Assembly: GCF_006345805.1 (NCBI RefSeq)
Contig: NC_043004.1
Location: 90,768,001-90,832,000 of the forward strand
Direction: 5' to 3'
Length of the DNA: 64,000 bases
Source: Octopus sinensis
Lineage: Eukaryota
Made by a program: the position numbers and the translations under genes
Notes under the pieces: model-generated
The model's input: the letters and a program-made list of their open reading frames with translations, nothing else
Database searches by the model: none
What the model was told of the DNA's origin: nothing
Shown: positions 12,621 through 26,390 of the stretch, piece after piece
How positions within the stretch are numbered: position 1 is the first letter of the stretch
How the letters are laid out: every line of letters begins with the position of its first letter

Positions 12621-13367
12621 ATTGTTATATTTTATTTCGTTAAATTTTTTATTTATAATTTTTCTTTTACTTCAGACATTTTATTCACTTAACCCCTGCC
12701 CCTTGTTTACACTTAGTGTAAAAAAAAAAAAAAAAACAGAGAGAAAGGCAAAAAAGAAAAAAAAAACCTTTCTCATCATTTCATTATGCTTACCCTACTA
12801 GCCCTGTTCCCCACCCCCCTGTATCTGAAACCCACTACAATATTGAACTGCTGGAAATGGTAAAAAAATATTCTTCTTGATAACCAACTGATATGAAAGA
12901 AAATGATAAATATATAAATAAAGGAAAGAAGAAAGAAAGCAAACTGTTCCCTTTCATATGAAAAGCAAAAAAATAATAATTATAAAAAAAAAAAAGCGAA
13001 AGAGGAAAGTTTCAACAGAAAACATACTTCAAAATGAGGAAAGACGCTAAATAAAAAATGTTTTTACAAGTTGTTATGGTTGAAGTCTTCCCTGAACAAG
13101 CCTCATCTTAAACATGCTTCATTCTCTCTCTCTGCTTTCCTCATAGATCTATATATATACACATTGTATTCTTTTATTGGTTTCAGTCACTGGACTGTGG
13201 CCATGCTGGGGCACAACCATGAAGAGTTTTATTGATCTGAATTACTTCAGTCTGATCTCTATTTCATCAAAATCTATTTGTCAAGCTGCTAAGTAATGGG
13301 ACTTGAAGGGAAACAATATAAACAACGTGTGTATGCATATATTATATAAATGTATTCACACACACAC

Positions 13368-13414
<47 letters not shown>

Positions 13415-13896
13415 TACACACACACATACATTCATACATACAGTTTCCACTCATCAGGCTATGTAACCTTCATGCTCCAGGTTGCATGCTAAATTTTCAA
13501 GACATATTTTGGGTGAAAAATAGCACCATTATTTTCTGGCCTGTATATATGTATGATTCCTCACCAGTGAGGATGCAATTTACTTTCCAAAATAAGTTTT
13601 AAAAATTTACCAGGTATCCTGGAAGATAAACCAATTTCAGTCCAGAGGAAGCTTATACTAAATTTATCATGTCTCTGCACTGTAAGGAATAATAAACATA
13701 TGGTGATGAATAAGCTAAAGTTCCATAAAAACAAGGGGAAGGATTAACACAACTTATAAAAGGACATGTACAATATGATATATATTTAATACAAGATATA
13801 TGTCACTGAGCCACTAACAAAAGTATGTGAAGGTGTTGAGATTTTGTTTTTATGTATGCCTTTTTTCCCCCTGAAATTGGGGTGCTGGGAAATACA

Positions 13897-13938
<42 letters not shown>

Positions 13939-15372
13939 TAATTATAAAATATTGTTTACAAATGAAAAAGTACTCATTAAGAGGTGTCACATTTCTATAT
14001 TAGTTGTTGCTTCACTCTATTGCTATTCATATTTACACATAATGGATGGTACAATGTGAACATTGCTTGATTAAATACACATGTAGTACCACATGTATAG
14101 GAGTAGCAACAGATGAATTATCAATTGATTTGTAATGAGCATATATATGTCTCTCTCTATACATACACTATAAATAAACATATATATATATATATATCTC
14201 AATACATACATATACACACAGATTATATATATATATATATATTTGTTGTTTATACACGTGTATATAAATAAGTGGGGTCAGCTGGAAAAGGAATAATTTG
14301 ATTGTCACCAAAGGAGAAAACGGGTAAAGGAAGGTGCAAATATTTTTGAAAAAGCTTGCATTTCCCATGCAGATTTGAAGTGAACTGCATGAAAACGCAC
14401 AATTTGTGAAGTGGATAGGTTAAACTTGGTCTGCGATATATGTAGGTGTATATGTCTTTCCAATGCTGGGCTCACAAGTTACCAACAAAGTCATCAGGTC
14501 AGACAAAAATGTTAACTGAAATGTATTCATGATAAAAATTGTGTAACGTGTACGTGCAGGAAGCTTTGCAAATCTAGTGGTGACTTACATATAGAAATTC
14601 ATTTCTGCACACTAGTGCACATAGCTTTGACCTTTGTAAGATCTACTAAAATACAGGTAAGAGCCTAGGGGTGTTTAGAGAGTCATTGTTGAAAACATGA
14701 TTCTTTTAATGATCATTAATGGTATTCCTCAGACATTCATGAACAGCCAGCATTTATAAATGTGTGTGTGTGTGTATATAAGATTGTAGTGAGGTGATTC
14801 TGTAAGAAACAGAGAAAGCAACAATAGCAGTAAGGTACTTGAGAAATAAATGAACATGTATTAAGTGACTCTTACATGGACTAGGACTATTGCATCCACA
14901 AGTAATTAATTCATTAGAGAATTTATTTGTTAAATTCCCCAAGAATTCAGCAATACCAGTAGTACATATATATATATTCCATACTATATAGTCATGTAAG
15001 AATTTTATGTTTGCATATCACCATTTGAAATGGATGTTAAATGGTGGTCATGATGATGATATATAAAATGTATTGTTTTTAATGTGCACAGCATATGACC
15101 AATGAATTATAACTTCCATATGTTCTATTGCACTCCAACACAGATTCCTGGAAAGAAAAATTTATGTTATTCTACTTATAATGCTTCCGAACAAGTGGTT
15201 TGCATGTAAAAATTGATTTTAAATAATCATTATGTAATTATCACTGAAACCTGTGCAAAGATGTTATAAGTCATTCATTCCATACTATATAGTCATGTAA
15301 GAATTTTATGTTTGCATATCACCATTTGAAATGGATGTTAAATGGTGGTGATGATGGTGATATATATATGTA

Positions 15373-15600
15373 TGCGAGCTGGCAGAAACATTAGCACGCC
15401 GGACGAAATGCTTAGCGGTATTTCATCTGCTGCTACGTTCTGAGTTCAAATTCTACCGAGGTCGACTTTGCCTTTCATCCTTTCGGGGTCGATTAAATAA
15501 GTACCAGTTACGCACTGGGGTCGATATAATCGACTTAATTCGTTTGTCTGTCCTTGTTTGTCCTCACTGTGTTTAGCCCCTTGTGGGTTGTAAAGAAATA
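15373..15600 (+). mobile_element. tRNA-derived SINE, family B
   Basis: gcgagctggcagaa head, gagttcaaat box B, gcctttcatcctttcggggtcga core; near-identical to 19797, 32390 and 45029 copies. Confidence 0.85.
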
Positions 15601-16010
15601 GGTATGTGTGTATATGTATATATGTGTGTATATATATATATATAAAGATACATGTGCTCCCAGTGATACATTCTGATTTATCTCTCATGAAATATATAAT
15701 CACAGAGGACTCCATGAATAATTAATGATTAATGCTCAGCTGAAATGTCTAGAACTCTGTCAGTAGCTTACATGATTTATGTAACACAATTCAGCAAGTC
15801 AAAAATCTCACAAGAAAAGCATTTGTGAAAGTTTCCTATATATATATATGTTTTTTTTTTTAATCTATTTTTGATGCTGGTTTGAGCTGGATAGGCCCCA
15901 GTGAGTTCTTATTTGGAGTTACTGCCTTCATAGATGGGTGAGAGGAATACACCTCTACTTTGTTTACATGTTCTACTACTGACCTGTATATATGCATATG
16001 CATACATATA

Positions 16011-16043
<33 letters not shown>

Positions 16044-16188
16044 GATAGAAAAAGGACATGAGCATTGATTTAGTACACAGAGGACCCATGTGTGCACACA
16101 ACAGTAAGAATTTAACCCACCCAATTGTTATTTGAACCAAATCCTGAATGGTTTAATTGTTGTGTATTGAATGCATCCAATCGTGTGA

Positions 16189-16227
<39 letters not shown>

Positions 16228-16920
16228 CATACATACATACACACATATATAGATACATACTCATTTTACTTACACATGCACACACACACACAGTACCAAT
16301 CATATGACTGAATGTGGAAAACTGCCATAAAAAGATATTTATTTTATGGTTTTAAGAGGGAGTTTATTGTAACATATTTACTTTTATTGTGTTACTTCAG
16401 AATAACAAAAGCAAGCAAGATATAGTGAGCATATTCATTTACAAAATAAACATATGTATATTTCAGGGATATGGCATCATAGATGTAAGTGAAAACTGAA
16501 ATAGTTTATTTATTGATAGAATAATTACCATTCTGTGAATTCTCTCATTATTAGTTTTCGTAATTTCTTTTAATACAAATGTAGACAAATCAAATAACTG
16601 AAAGTCCTATGTTGGCATTATGAAGTGAAAAAACGAAGGCGAAACGAGATAAGCAAATGAATCAAAATTCAACTTGTTAATCGGTTGGTGTGTTAGCTTT
16701 GAATTGAAACAAGAGGGAACATATTTAATAATGAGAGAAATTAAGGAATGTAGTATTTGATAAATTAGCTATTTGTTTTCATTTTTGTCTTAAATATCAT
16801 ATCCCTACAATATAAATTTATTGTAATTATTTTGTAAGTAAATATGCTTTTGTTATTTTGACATAGTATAAAAAAAAGGAAATGTTATAATTCTGATGTA
16901 ATCTTGGTTTTAAAACTGTA

Positions 16921-17075
16921 AATAAATCTTTTCCAGATGATTTTCACCCCTAAAATAGTTATACTGACAAAATAAATAAATGTTATGTTTCTCAAATTCC
17001 ATTTTAAATTTATACTTTCCCTCTATTCTTACATAACATAATAAAAGTAAATATGTTATATGTTTCTTGAATAAA
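16921..17075 (+). promoter_or_regulatory. Candidate polyadenylation signal cluster for the RPTP 3'UTR
   Basis: Several AATAAA hexamers (16921, 16971-16980, ~17040, ~17069) in AU-rich sequence with T/GT-rich downstream DNA; no transcript evidence. Confidence 0.3.
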
Positions 17076-17819
17076 CTCTCCTCTCAAAACTTTGAACATA
17101 TATGTTTTAAAACTCTAAAAGTTTGAAATATTTTTAAAATTGGTGTTCTGAGTATTTTGTCTTTCAAGCTTTGAGTATTCTGATTATTAGATCATTCGAC
17201 TCTAGTTGTATACACACACATCTCAGAAGCTAAAATTTTTGAATCAATACTCCCAGCTTCACATTGCCAAATATTTAAACAATTAACAAAGGGAAATGGT
17301 ATAATATATTAGCAAGCATCAGAATGTAAATAGTCATCAGTATTTGACTGGTTGTCAAAGAACCATTAAAAAATGCATCACACAGTCATCTATTCAGTTG
17401 TTACTTTCAGAACATATGATATATTTGTCTATTTACATGAAAAAAAAAATGTTCATTTCTTCAGTATTATGTAAGGTACAAATTCAAGGTAGCACCTGTT
17501 GTTTATGTAGCCTTTTTTTCTTTTTTTTGCATGTAACTATCACTCAGGGTATATAGTAAATCCATTTTGTGAAACACTACTTTTACCAGTCGGTATTTGT
17601 AAATTTCTAAATAGATATTGCTGGAAGCATCTGCAAAAATTCACCAATTCTAACTTTTCATTCAAAATTGCAAAAAGGCTTTAATAAGGTATTATATTTC
17701 TTTGAGAGACAAAGGTTACATCTAGAGCCATTAATAGTGCATGGCATGATGCATGTTCTATGTTGGATCGATTGATTTTACGATTGTTAATATAAGGGAT
17801 TCTAATCCTTTATAGTGTA

Positions 17820-18040
17820 GTGAACTGACAGAGTTGCCAGAATGTTGGGAAAAATGCCTTGCAGTATTTCTTCTAGCTCTTTGCATTCTAAGTTCAAAAT
17901 TGCTGCAGTCAACTTTACCTTTCATCCCCGCTCTAATTGGGTTGACAAAATAAACAATATCATTCAAGTACTGATGTCAGTGATATTGATGAAATCTCTT
18001 CCCTCTAAATTGCTGGCCTTGTGCCAAAATTAGAAATAAT
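17820..18040 (+). mobile_element. Degenerate family-B SINE
   Basis: Same box B, core and tail motifs, more diverged. Confidence 0.6.
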
Positions 18041-19796
18041 ATTATCATCCTTTATACTCCAAATATGTTTGTGTGTTGGGAGTTTTTATGTATTTCTGAA
18101 TGTGTACACATGTTGCAAGATTTTTTTTTTTTAAGTAAACCCTACGTAGCTTTTTGTTTCACTCTTATTTGCAAAGAGCTTGTTACTCCAGTTTTTATAG
18201 TATATATATGCATATGTATAGATATAAACATGTTTGTGTATGTGCAAGTTTTATTATTTATACATTTTTTTAGTTTTAGATTTAAGTTCTTCACAGTATT
18301 CCAACTGGTCACTAATAAAGTGACAAGACAGTTCCAAGGACCTGTGATTTTGGTTGTGTGGGGGCATGTTTGTACTCTTATTATGTTGTACATATCTCCT
18401 TAGTACAAAAATATAATTACTCTTTATGTATGTATTCATTTCAGGAAACCCAAATGTAGAATTTTTGGGATGCTTTACAGATCTTCATTGTAGCACTAAT
18501 CAACTGAATTTGTTGTTACATAGTACAGTAATCCTATGATAATAGGTACAAATGAGAATCTGTAGCCTGGATATAAAAACTAAGTTTCATACTAGTTCAC
18601 CCTAGCATCCACATCTGCTAGGCAGCTGACCTCTACTTCAGTGCACCATTTTCATTCCCTGCTCCATAGAACAATATCAAATCTATTGTATTTGCTCCAG
18701 AACACTGTTTTTATCAGAATGTTCCACTGGTATTCCTTATTGTTAAAGGCGTGGATAGATTCTTGTGTGCTTCTTGTAAGACTATCAGGACAATCCTTCC
18801 TGCAGATGGCATGGTAAATAGTTTTTGCAACAATGTCATAGAAAGGTATCTTGTAGATAACTTTAGCCTGCTGATGTAGGTAATACGTTCCTCACTGAAA
18901 TGGTACATTTGACATTTTCTATTACAGCATAGAAATTTATAAGCATTATCTCTCTTGTTGATCAGATATTTAGTGGATAGTCCCTTTTTACAGATAGTGA
19001 TGGCATATCCTTTGAGGTGAGTATCTATTCAGAAGTGCCTCACCTGATGTTTTTCCTGCTGAGCACGTATTATGTGCACATTTTTTTCTGTTTTTGTTTG
19101 AGTGGCACAGTGTGACATTAAAGACCATTTAGACTCCCCCTTATGCTTCTGCCTCCATCTAACATAAATCTTATCACTGTTAATGTTACATTTGATGGTT
19201 AATATTTTCCTCATGAAGCTTCAGATTTCTTTGAGTATCTGGTCTAGTATCCCCAATGTTAGTACTAACATTAGTATATGATATTGCAAATGCATTATTG
19301 GAGATGATCGTTCATGCCTTTTGAATCTGCTGATATATTATTTATAACTCAAGATTTTCTCACAATACCAATGCATGCAACATTCTCATCAATTTCAAGA
19401 TAGTTGTAGCATTCATCATGGAGGTAAGAGAAATAGCCAGGCCATTAGTATCCTTATTCCTTGTCTGGTCAACAATCTTCTTTTGGTTGATTACCAAAAA
19501 TGAACACTAATCTTCACCAAACTCCATTCTTATGTTCCATGAAAATGTCATGACCAGTTCTGTCCTTTGGTGTCATCAATATTACTTGAATATAACTTCA
19601 GGCCATTAACAAAAACAAATAAGAATGTGAGTGACATTAATTTTTCTCTCAGTACCTTAGACATCATAGTCTTGCCACTTTCTCAGTAGCACTGACAAGA
19701 TGAAAAGTTGTCACTCTGGAATATAATAGATGCTACAGTTCAGTGATAGCTGTGTGTACCATGTTGTAGTCTGTCTTTTTACGGCATTGACTGTAA

Positions 19797-20029
19797 AAGG
19801 CAGCGAGCTGGCAGAATCATTAGCACGTCGGGCGAAATGCTTAGTGGTATTTTGTCTGCCGCTACGTTCTGAGTTCAAATTCTGCCGAGGTCGACTTTGC
19901 CTTTCATCCTTTTGGGGTCGATAAATTAAGGACCAGTTACACACTGGGGTCGATATAATCGACTTAATCCGTTTGTCTGTCCTTGTTTGTCCTCTCTGTG
20001 TTTAGCCCCTTGTGGGTAATAAAGAAATA
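19797..20029 (+). mobile_element. tRNA-derived SINE, family B, with 14-bp TSD
   Basis: TSD ggcattgactgtaa at 19783-19796 and 20030-20043. Confidence 0.9.
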
Positions 20030-20356
20030 GGCATTGACTGTAACAGATGGAACCTTGGTGAAATATAGTGACTCTTATCCATGAGTAAAGGAAGGAATGT
20101 ATGTATGTGTGCTTGTGTACCAATTTGTTTATCTGGCTTTCTTTTTACGAATTTCTGACCAACAAAGAAAGGCTCTTTCATTAAAATTAAGACAGTGTTA
20201 ACTAGGCAGTCATATTTGTATGTATTTATCTGCACAAGTATATTTTATGTTTAAACATGGATGTCATCGTGAATCAAATCTATGCTTTGATTTATGCACA
20301 TCTACACATTCATGTTCTTATGGCTACATGTGTGTGGTGTGTGCACTTGTTACATG

Positions 20357-20700
20357 CTAAACTTCCAGAATGTTTTTACATCTTTTCACAGTTTCATTAA
20401 TGGCTTCTAATTGTAATCTTGTAATTAACCATGTCCTTTTTGCTTTTGTGAGGCACATCTTCTCAAAATTGGTACTGAAACAGTTAGTTGCATAACCAAG
20501 TACCCTAATGGCAACAGGTATACATTTAAAGCTATAATTTGTATGGAATATCCACATCATAGATGTTTTCTTTTTCACTAATCTGTTAACATTGTTAACA
20601 TCTGCTGAGCTACTGATTTTTACTACTGTGCACATTTCAAATGCATGAGGGCATATACACATATATGTAATGTAACTTTTTCCAAACCTGATATTTTCCA
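20357..20700 (-). mobile_element. RLE-type (R4/NeSL-like) non-LTR retrotransposon 3' remnant
   Basis: ORF 20357-20728(-): CTVVKISSSADVN...KCIPVAIRVLGY...LITRLQ...ETVKRCK resembles the restriction-like endonuclease C-terminus (C.IIEVSCP.D.N...IPIVIGALG). Confidence 0.55.
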
Positions 20701-23465
20701 TTATTCTTGGTGACACACACACACACATAAATTAATTAATTTTTAAGGCTATACAACATATTACTGGAATAATTGAATACAATAGGATCTTAGATTGGCC
20801 TCTTAACTTTCCTTTTTGTTTTTCCCTGACCCTGCTCCCTTAAAGACTCATAAAGGGTTTACATGATGGTTAACAAATAAATAAAACTCTAAACTTTTCC
20901 AGAGAATCTCCTGTAATATTTTCAAATACATAGACAGCTGCCCCAGCATGGCTTCAGCTCCTGTGACTGAAAACGATTAAAGACTAAAACTTGTTATTTA
21001 CTTCAATCTGTAATATTGTAAGCATATGGTAACAAGTGGCTTATATTTCCGTGTGTATGTGTGTGTGTGTATGAATATAATGTACATTAAACATGCATTT
21101 GTAAATATCAATGACACTGAAATAATTCCAGTGTATGTGAATATTTCAAGTTGAGAAATTTCATGTAACTTATTACTAGTACAAGAACTCAGTATTATTA
21201 CAAAGACCTCAGAGTAATAAGTTCCATTGAATTTAACTGATATTCACACACATATACAGCTACCGAATTGGTATTGAGTAGTCTCTCTTACTTTGTATCA
21301 ACCATATAAAGACTACTGTTTCTATATATATATTTATTGCATGTAGCTGGTACCTCATGCATTGCTACTCAGAATTTCTTTTTATCCATATTTCTGTCAA
21401 GCAACAAAGACAGTTTAATGTAATGAATATAAAGTAAAACTCTCAGTTGCAATGCAGGAACTACAGCTGTGTGCAATTAATTATACTCTTCAACATGCAC
21501 TGAGTACTTTTTCTCTTGTTCATAAAGCAAAACACACAAACACACACATGTATATATGTATATGTACCTATATATATGAGATAAATGTTTGAAAAAAGAA
21601 AACCGTTAAGCACTTCTGTTGAGGAGTTCAGCTAAATATGTAAGGTAATGTCAATAAATGAAAACAAAAAGATAATGTATTACCTTATATATGTTGTTTA
21701 ATGATCTGCAAACAACAAATTTCTCCAAACTCCTTGATAATTTTCTTTTCTATAGTTGAATAGGAGAATCTTTCTCAAAATATTATAGGATCATTAAACA
21801 ACTTATGTATGGTAATACAATATCTTTTCTCTTTGTTTTAATTTCTTGATATCACCTTACATATTTTGCGTAACTTGTCACCTGCATTGTTCAAAGGACT
21901 TTTTTTTTCAAACATTTATTTTATTTACACACTTGCAATGCTTCAAGCAAAATTACAACACTCTTTTACACACACACACACACACACACACATCTTTTAC
22001 TATTTTACAAATTTGTGGTCAATAATTTATATAGCCAGTTATGTTGGTCATTTATTTGGGAAATCACCAGTAGGTCAAATATTTATAAATCTACTGCTGA
22101 ATATAAAAACATCACAACCATTATTAATTTCTAATGTGTATTTCTTCTTGTTTTCTTAACTGTATCTTTTTTTTATTTTTATATATTTTTACCCTTGCAG
22201 AGTTTTACATCTAAATGTTTATATATATAGCAAGTAAATCTTGGAAAAGTCATTTAATAAGACACAAAGTTGTTAAATTAACTTTAAATTTTTTCCATTA
22301 GGTGTCAAAATTTGTATTGCACAACTGTCAGAAACTTGGCTGCAGTTGTACAACAAAAAATTCGATACCTCATGAAATATGTTTAAATTTAAAGTGAATT
22401 TTGCAACTTGGCATGTTATTAAAAGCTCTTTAGTTCTTCCGTGATGCAGTTGCTTCAGTTTTAACACTTGGTCTCAGATCAAGCTACTTGCTGGACATAT
22501 ATATATATTCATTGAAAGCTGATGATTCCCTCTGTCAATACTCTAAGTTACAATTGAATGCATAAACTTTATTACATGTATGAATACTTTTTGTCTTTTG
22601 TACACTCAAATATGCATACACACATGTATTTTACCAATTTGCTATAGTCATTTCATGATATAGCATTTCGTTTGAGAGGGAGAGAGAGAATCAACAATAG
22701 CAACAAAAAGAAACTGTGGACCAAAAATTAATTCATTCTTTATTTCAAGAAAAATTTTAAAGCTTGTTAAACTACAAACCTCTAATTTTGGCTCAGTACT
22801 ATACATGGAGGATGAGAGTTGTATCAACCTACAAGGCAAGGGAGCACACATGCATGTGTGTGTGCGTGTGTGTGTATGCACTCGTGCACACACACACACA
22901 TGCACACACACACACAGAAGAGAATCAAAAGTACTTGACTGATACATATTTAATCAATCCAAGAAAGATGAAAAAAAAAAGCTTATTCCCGGTGGAATTT
23001 GAAGTTGGTATTTAAAGGGAATTGAAGACTATAAAGAATTTAAATCTCAACTAAATCTTTTGTGTTCTCAAAGCTCATCTAAATAATTACAAAGATCTCT
23101 AAAAGGTGGTTTAGTCGTCACCTCTCTCTTCTGATTCTGACATTATCCCCTCTTCACCCATCTACAAAATAAATCCTATTTTTACCACTTAAAGCCTTAA
23201 ATGCAATTTAAGGAAGGTCTGGAGAGGACAATTTTCAGAAATGATGCACAAGTTAGTTCAAAGTAATGCAACATTGCCAATAATAATCATATAATACTAA
23301 TGATTTCTTTTACTATCCATCAGGTCCAAGATGAAATATAAAATAAACAACGAAGAAGAAATGTTGAGGGATTTATCCAGAGTAAAGGGATGAGAGTAAC
23401 AATAACAAATAAAGACATTAATGAATATCAATAATAATAAATAGCAATAACCGTATAGAGCAACA

Positions 23466-23880
23466 GTAGGAGTGGCTGTGTGGTAAGTAGCTTGCTAACC
23501 AACCACATGGTTCTGGGTTCAGTCCCACTGCGTGGCATCTTGGGCAAGTGTCTTCTGCTATAGCCCCGGGCTGACCAATGCCTTGTGAGTGGATTTGGTA
23601 GACAGAAACTGAAAGAAGCCTGTCGTATATATGTATATATATATATATATGTATGCATGTATGTGTTTTTGTGTCTGTGTTTGACCCCCTAGCATTGCTT
23701 GACAACCGATGCTGGTGTGTTTACGTCCCCGTCACTTAGCGGTTCGGCAAAAGAGACCGATAGAATAAGTACTGGGCTTCCAAAGAATAAGTCCTGGGGT
23801 TGATTTGCTCGACTAAAGGCAGTGCTCCAGCATGGCCACAGTCAAATGACTGAAACAAGTAAAAGAAAAGAATAAAGAAA
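23466..23880 (+). mobile_element. tRNA-derived SINE, family A
   Basis: Box A tggctgtgtggt, box B ggttcagtccc, internal (TA)n/(TG)n, AAAAG tail; 5 near-identical copies in window. Confidence 0.9.
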
Positions 23881-24139
23881 GAATATAGCAAGCATGGATC
23901 CTCCAATATGGTGGTGGTGGTGGGGGTAATCATTATAAAGGGATTTGGAGCACTCTACACACATCCAGATTACTTTCATACACTGGTGCTTTCTTCTAGT
24001 TGTTTCCACCAGTGTAGAGGCACAGCCATTTCAGTTCACCACTTTCACCCACATTTCATACAATTTTCTAGAGAAATCTTCACCCTTCTCCCTTTGAATA
24101 GTATTTGAGGAGAAATTTCTGTCCTCCAACCTTTAATAA

Positions 24140-25935
24140 AAATGGTTTCAAATTTTGGCAGAAGACCAGCAGTTTTAGGGGAAGAGGTTACCTGGTCGAA
24201 CTTGGTGCAGTTTGATCTTGGAAAGTAAACGTGGACAAAATGCTTAGTAGCATTTTGTCCAGCATGCTAAGCATTCTGCCAATAATAATAATAATGATTT
24301 CTTGCAAAATTACAAGGTCAGAGTTTGTATGGGAGATGTGTAGTGGATTAAACTGGACTGCAGTGTATGTTAGTAATCCTGCAAGGATGAAAGGCAAAGG
24401 CCAATCCAATAGGATTTGAACTCAGAAGGAAAAAAGTTTAATACTGCAATATTATACTGTGTCAATGTTTTTTAAGATATTAAAAAAATTATCTGTTTAA
24501 AATAATAAAGAAATAAAACAAGAAATAACTTTCATGTTTGTCTATTCTAAAGAAATTTCTAGAAATAAATATTGCTAAGATATTTTTATACACATGTAAA
24601 CTGTGCAACAACAATAATAATAATAATAATACAATTATCATTATTATTATTGGCTGGCAGAGTCATCAGAATTTGGAAAAATTGCTTTGCAGTATATCTT
24701 CTGGTTCTTTGCTTTCAGAGTTCAAATCTCACTAAGGTTAATTTTGCTTTTCATCTTTTTGGGTATTGACAGAATACTAGTCATGTACTGATGTTGATCG
24801 TATTAAATAACCACCTACTCTAATAATTGCTGGCCCTGTGCCTAAATTAGAAACCATGATTACTACTATTAGTTTGCAGAATTGTCAATTCGGAAAAATG
24901 CCTTGTGGTATTTCTTTTGATTCTTTATGTTCTAAGTTCAAATTCTACTGAGATCAACTTTGCCTTTTATCCCTCCAGCATTGATAAAATAAAGTAGAAG
25001 TACAGGGGTTGATAGTACCAATTAACTTCCCCCCCAACCACTTAAAATTACTGGCCTTGTGCCTAAATTAGAAATAATAATACTAATCATAATGAGTATT
25101 TATAACATAGCTAGAAGATAAATATATCTAGCACTACACTGGTTTTAACTTAATTAGTCTTGATTGGTAGAATGCTTTGTGGTATTTGGACAGGTGTCTT
25201 TACATTTCGAGTTCAAATCCTGCCTATTTCAACTTTGCATTTTAATCTTTTGAGGTCACTCTTATTGACTATACCTTTCCACAAAATTCTATGATCTGTC
25301 TATGTTACAAAATTACAAACAAATTTTATTAATATGAACACTTTGCTTTATGTTCTGAGATCAAATCCTGCTGAAGTCATCTTTGCTCTTCCTCATTTTG
25401 GAGTTGATAAAAGAAAGTACTCGTTGATTATAACCCTAGAATTTCTGGCCTTGTGTATATAACAGAAACATTATTATGAATGAAAATTGTGGCAGATTAG
25501 CAGAAATGTTAGAGTGATATAAAAAATGCCATATATTTCTTCAAGCTAGGCAGTGAGCTGGCAGAATCGTTAGCATGCCAGGTAAAATACTTTGTGGTAT
25601 TTTGTTCATCTTTACGTCCTGAATTCAAATTCTGCCAAGGCTGACTTTGCCTTTCATCCTTTCGGGATCAAGAAAATAAGTATCTGTTAAGCACTGGGTT
25701 GATATAATCGACTTATCCCCTCCCTCAAAATTGTTGAACTTGAGCTGAAAATTTTGAAACCAATATTTCTTCAAATGTTTTGTGTTTCGAGTTCCAATCT
25801 TGCTGATGTCAACTTTTCCCTTTCTCCTTTTGTGGGTTGATAAAAATAAAGGATCAGTCAAGTACTGAGGGGTCGATGTAATTGATTAGCATCCCCACCC
25901 TTGAAATTGTTGACCTTGAGCCTAAATCAGAAATT
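24140..25935 (+). mobile_element. Cluster of degenerate family-B SINEs
   Basis: Repeated gagttcaaat / tttgcctttcatcc / ggccttgtgcctaaattagaa motifs at ~24660, 24880, 25170, 25350, 25550 and 25780, plus inverted pieces near 24230-24430. Confidence 0.7.
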
Positions 25936-25989
25936 ATTATTATGAATGTACGTAAGAAAAGGAATCGACCAACATAAAAATAATTTAAT

Positions 25990-26390
25990 AAACTGTGTTG
26001 AGAATTATAAACAGACTACATTGTTGTGTAATATAAGTACAACAGTACTATATTGTGAAATTCTAGATCAATATGAGAGTCATATTAGCACTGCATCATT
26101 GTGAAATAATCAATTCTTGAGTAACATCTACTGAGTAATATTAGTACTATATTGTTGCATAATACTAGATTACTATACTTGAATATTATTAGCACTACAA
26201 TGTGAAATATTAGAATAATATTTGTATATTTTGAAGTATTACAAAGTACTAGAGTAACATCACTACTGTATTGTGAAATACTAGAGTAATATTAGCTCTG
26301 CATTGTGAAATATTAAGAGTAAAATTAGTACTATATTGTGAAATATTAAAATAATATCAACTCTATATTGTAAAATACTAATAATATAAT
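25990..26390. repeat. 32-bp minisatellite
   Basis: Unit ~tactagagtaatattagtactatattgtgaaa, clearest at 26247-26380. Confidence 0.75.

Noticed and set aside
23940-24130. Second Tx1-like 3' remnant on the - strand
   Set aside because: Only faint resemblance to 9430-9560; too degenerate to support without an alignment
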